Under the pieces are notes generated by a model. The model saw nothing but the letters and a program-made list of their open reading frames with translations. It had not been told where the DNA came from and searched no databases. A stretch of 20,506 nucleotides of DNA, taken from the NCBI RefSeq assembly GCF_000143415.4, contig NW_003314319.1:1-20506 (forward strand), given 5' to 3'. Below are positions 19,908-20,506 of this stretch, in pieces (the first letter of the stretch is position 1; each line of letters opens with the position of its first letter). The stretch is from Selaginella moellendorffii. Its lineage: Eukaryota > Plantae > Lycopodiophyta. The translations under genes were made by a program, and so were the position numbers.

Positions 19908-20506
19908 TATCGTGGTAATAAAGATTATTTGAAAGGACTCACTAATAGGTAATTTTTGTGCTTCTTAGATTCTATAAACTTCTATTTAGTTGTAGCATAT
20001 ATGGTTTTCACCTTTTACCCTATGGTGATATACCATAAGATAACCATAAAGAAGAACTTAAACCTTTTCCAATGGTAGTATAGTGAAATTTAAGTTTCAA
20101 GGTTTTGGGCCACTGAACGAAGGGACAAAGCTAAACTCCTGAAGAGCAAAAGAACTAAAGCACAAAACAACTCTTGAGCATTCAATTTAAGGAGCAAAGG
20201 GACAGGAGCATGGAGTAATATTAAAATAGTCTTAGAGCATCTAACATCCCAATATCAAACCAACATGCAAAATGGAGCTAAATAGAATTTAGTGCTATTT
20301 TGGCATACCTGTGGCTTGACCCTAGGATATAAGTACTCCACTAGCTAGCATAGTATAGAGCTTGCACTTGGATATAAACCAAATGTGGGAACAAGGACAA
20401 ACACACCATGTAGGAGTTAGATTAATACTTTAAGTTGGTCCGGCAATGCCCACTAATCCCATGAGTTACGTCTTTTGGGACAATTTATGAAAACTTACCT
20501 AAATAT
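19908..20506 (-). mobile_element. Diverged LTR 3' portion homologous to ~14930-15440, running off the window edge
   Basis: Reverse complement shares ATGCTAG..GTGGAGTACT, GCTCCATTTTG, GCTCCTGTCCCTT and CCTTCGTTC.GTGGCCCAA with the LTR; it ends in CCACGATA (cf. TCACGACA). Confidence 0.75.

Overview
Eukaryotic, probably seed-free land-plant DNA (TTTAGGG repeats, Gypsy-type LTRs, a CVNH lectin gene); the host assignment is an inference. The main feature is a ~12.4-kb DNA transposon (808-13186) bounded by 25-bp TIRs and carrying two divergent genes. On the minus strand is a ~1020-codon Sola-like/DUF7869-type DDD transposase (4566->1498; four in-frame stops, no frameshifts) with tandem Tnp1/En/Spm-like domains at its N-terminus. 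On the plus strand is an 11-exon, ~1640-codon cargo gene (7127-12744) that reads as ParB/Srx-like domain + degenerate beta-class N4/N6 DNA methyltransferase-like fold + acidic/low-complexity linker + FCP1/NIF-type HAD phosphatase. About 21 copies of a 22-bp palindrome (ATGGCRTG-N6-CAYGCCAT) lie inside the element and I saw no full copy outside it. They concentrate in introns, including three in the predicted first intron of each gene, which suggests an element-encoded protein/target-site system (parS-like or VANC-like). The right flank holds a PPT + 1.45-kb LTR, a gag remnant, an apparently intact two-exon secreted cyanovirin-N-homology gene followed by a 350-bp hairpin, an assembly gap, a (TA)n tract and two older copies of the same LTR family. 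All domain calls are by-eye motif recognition; no searches were run.
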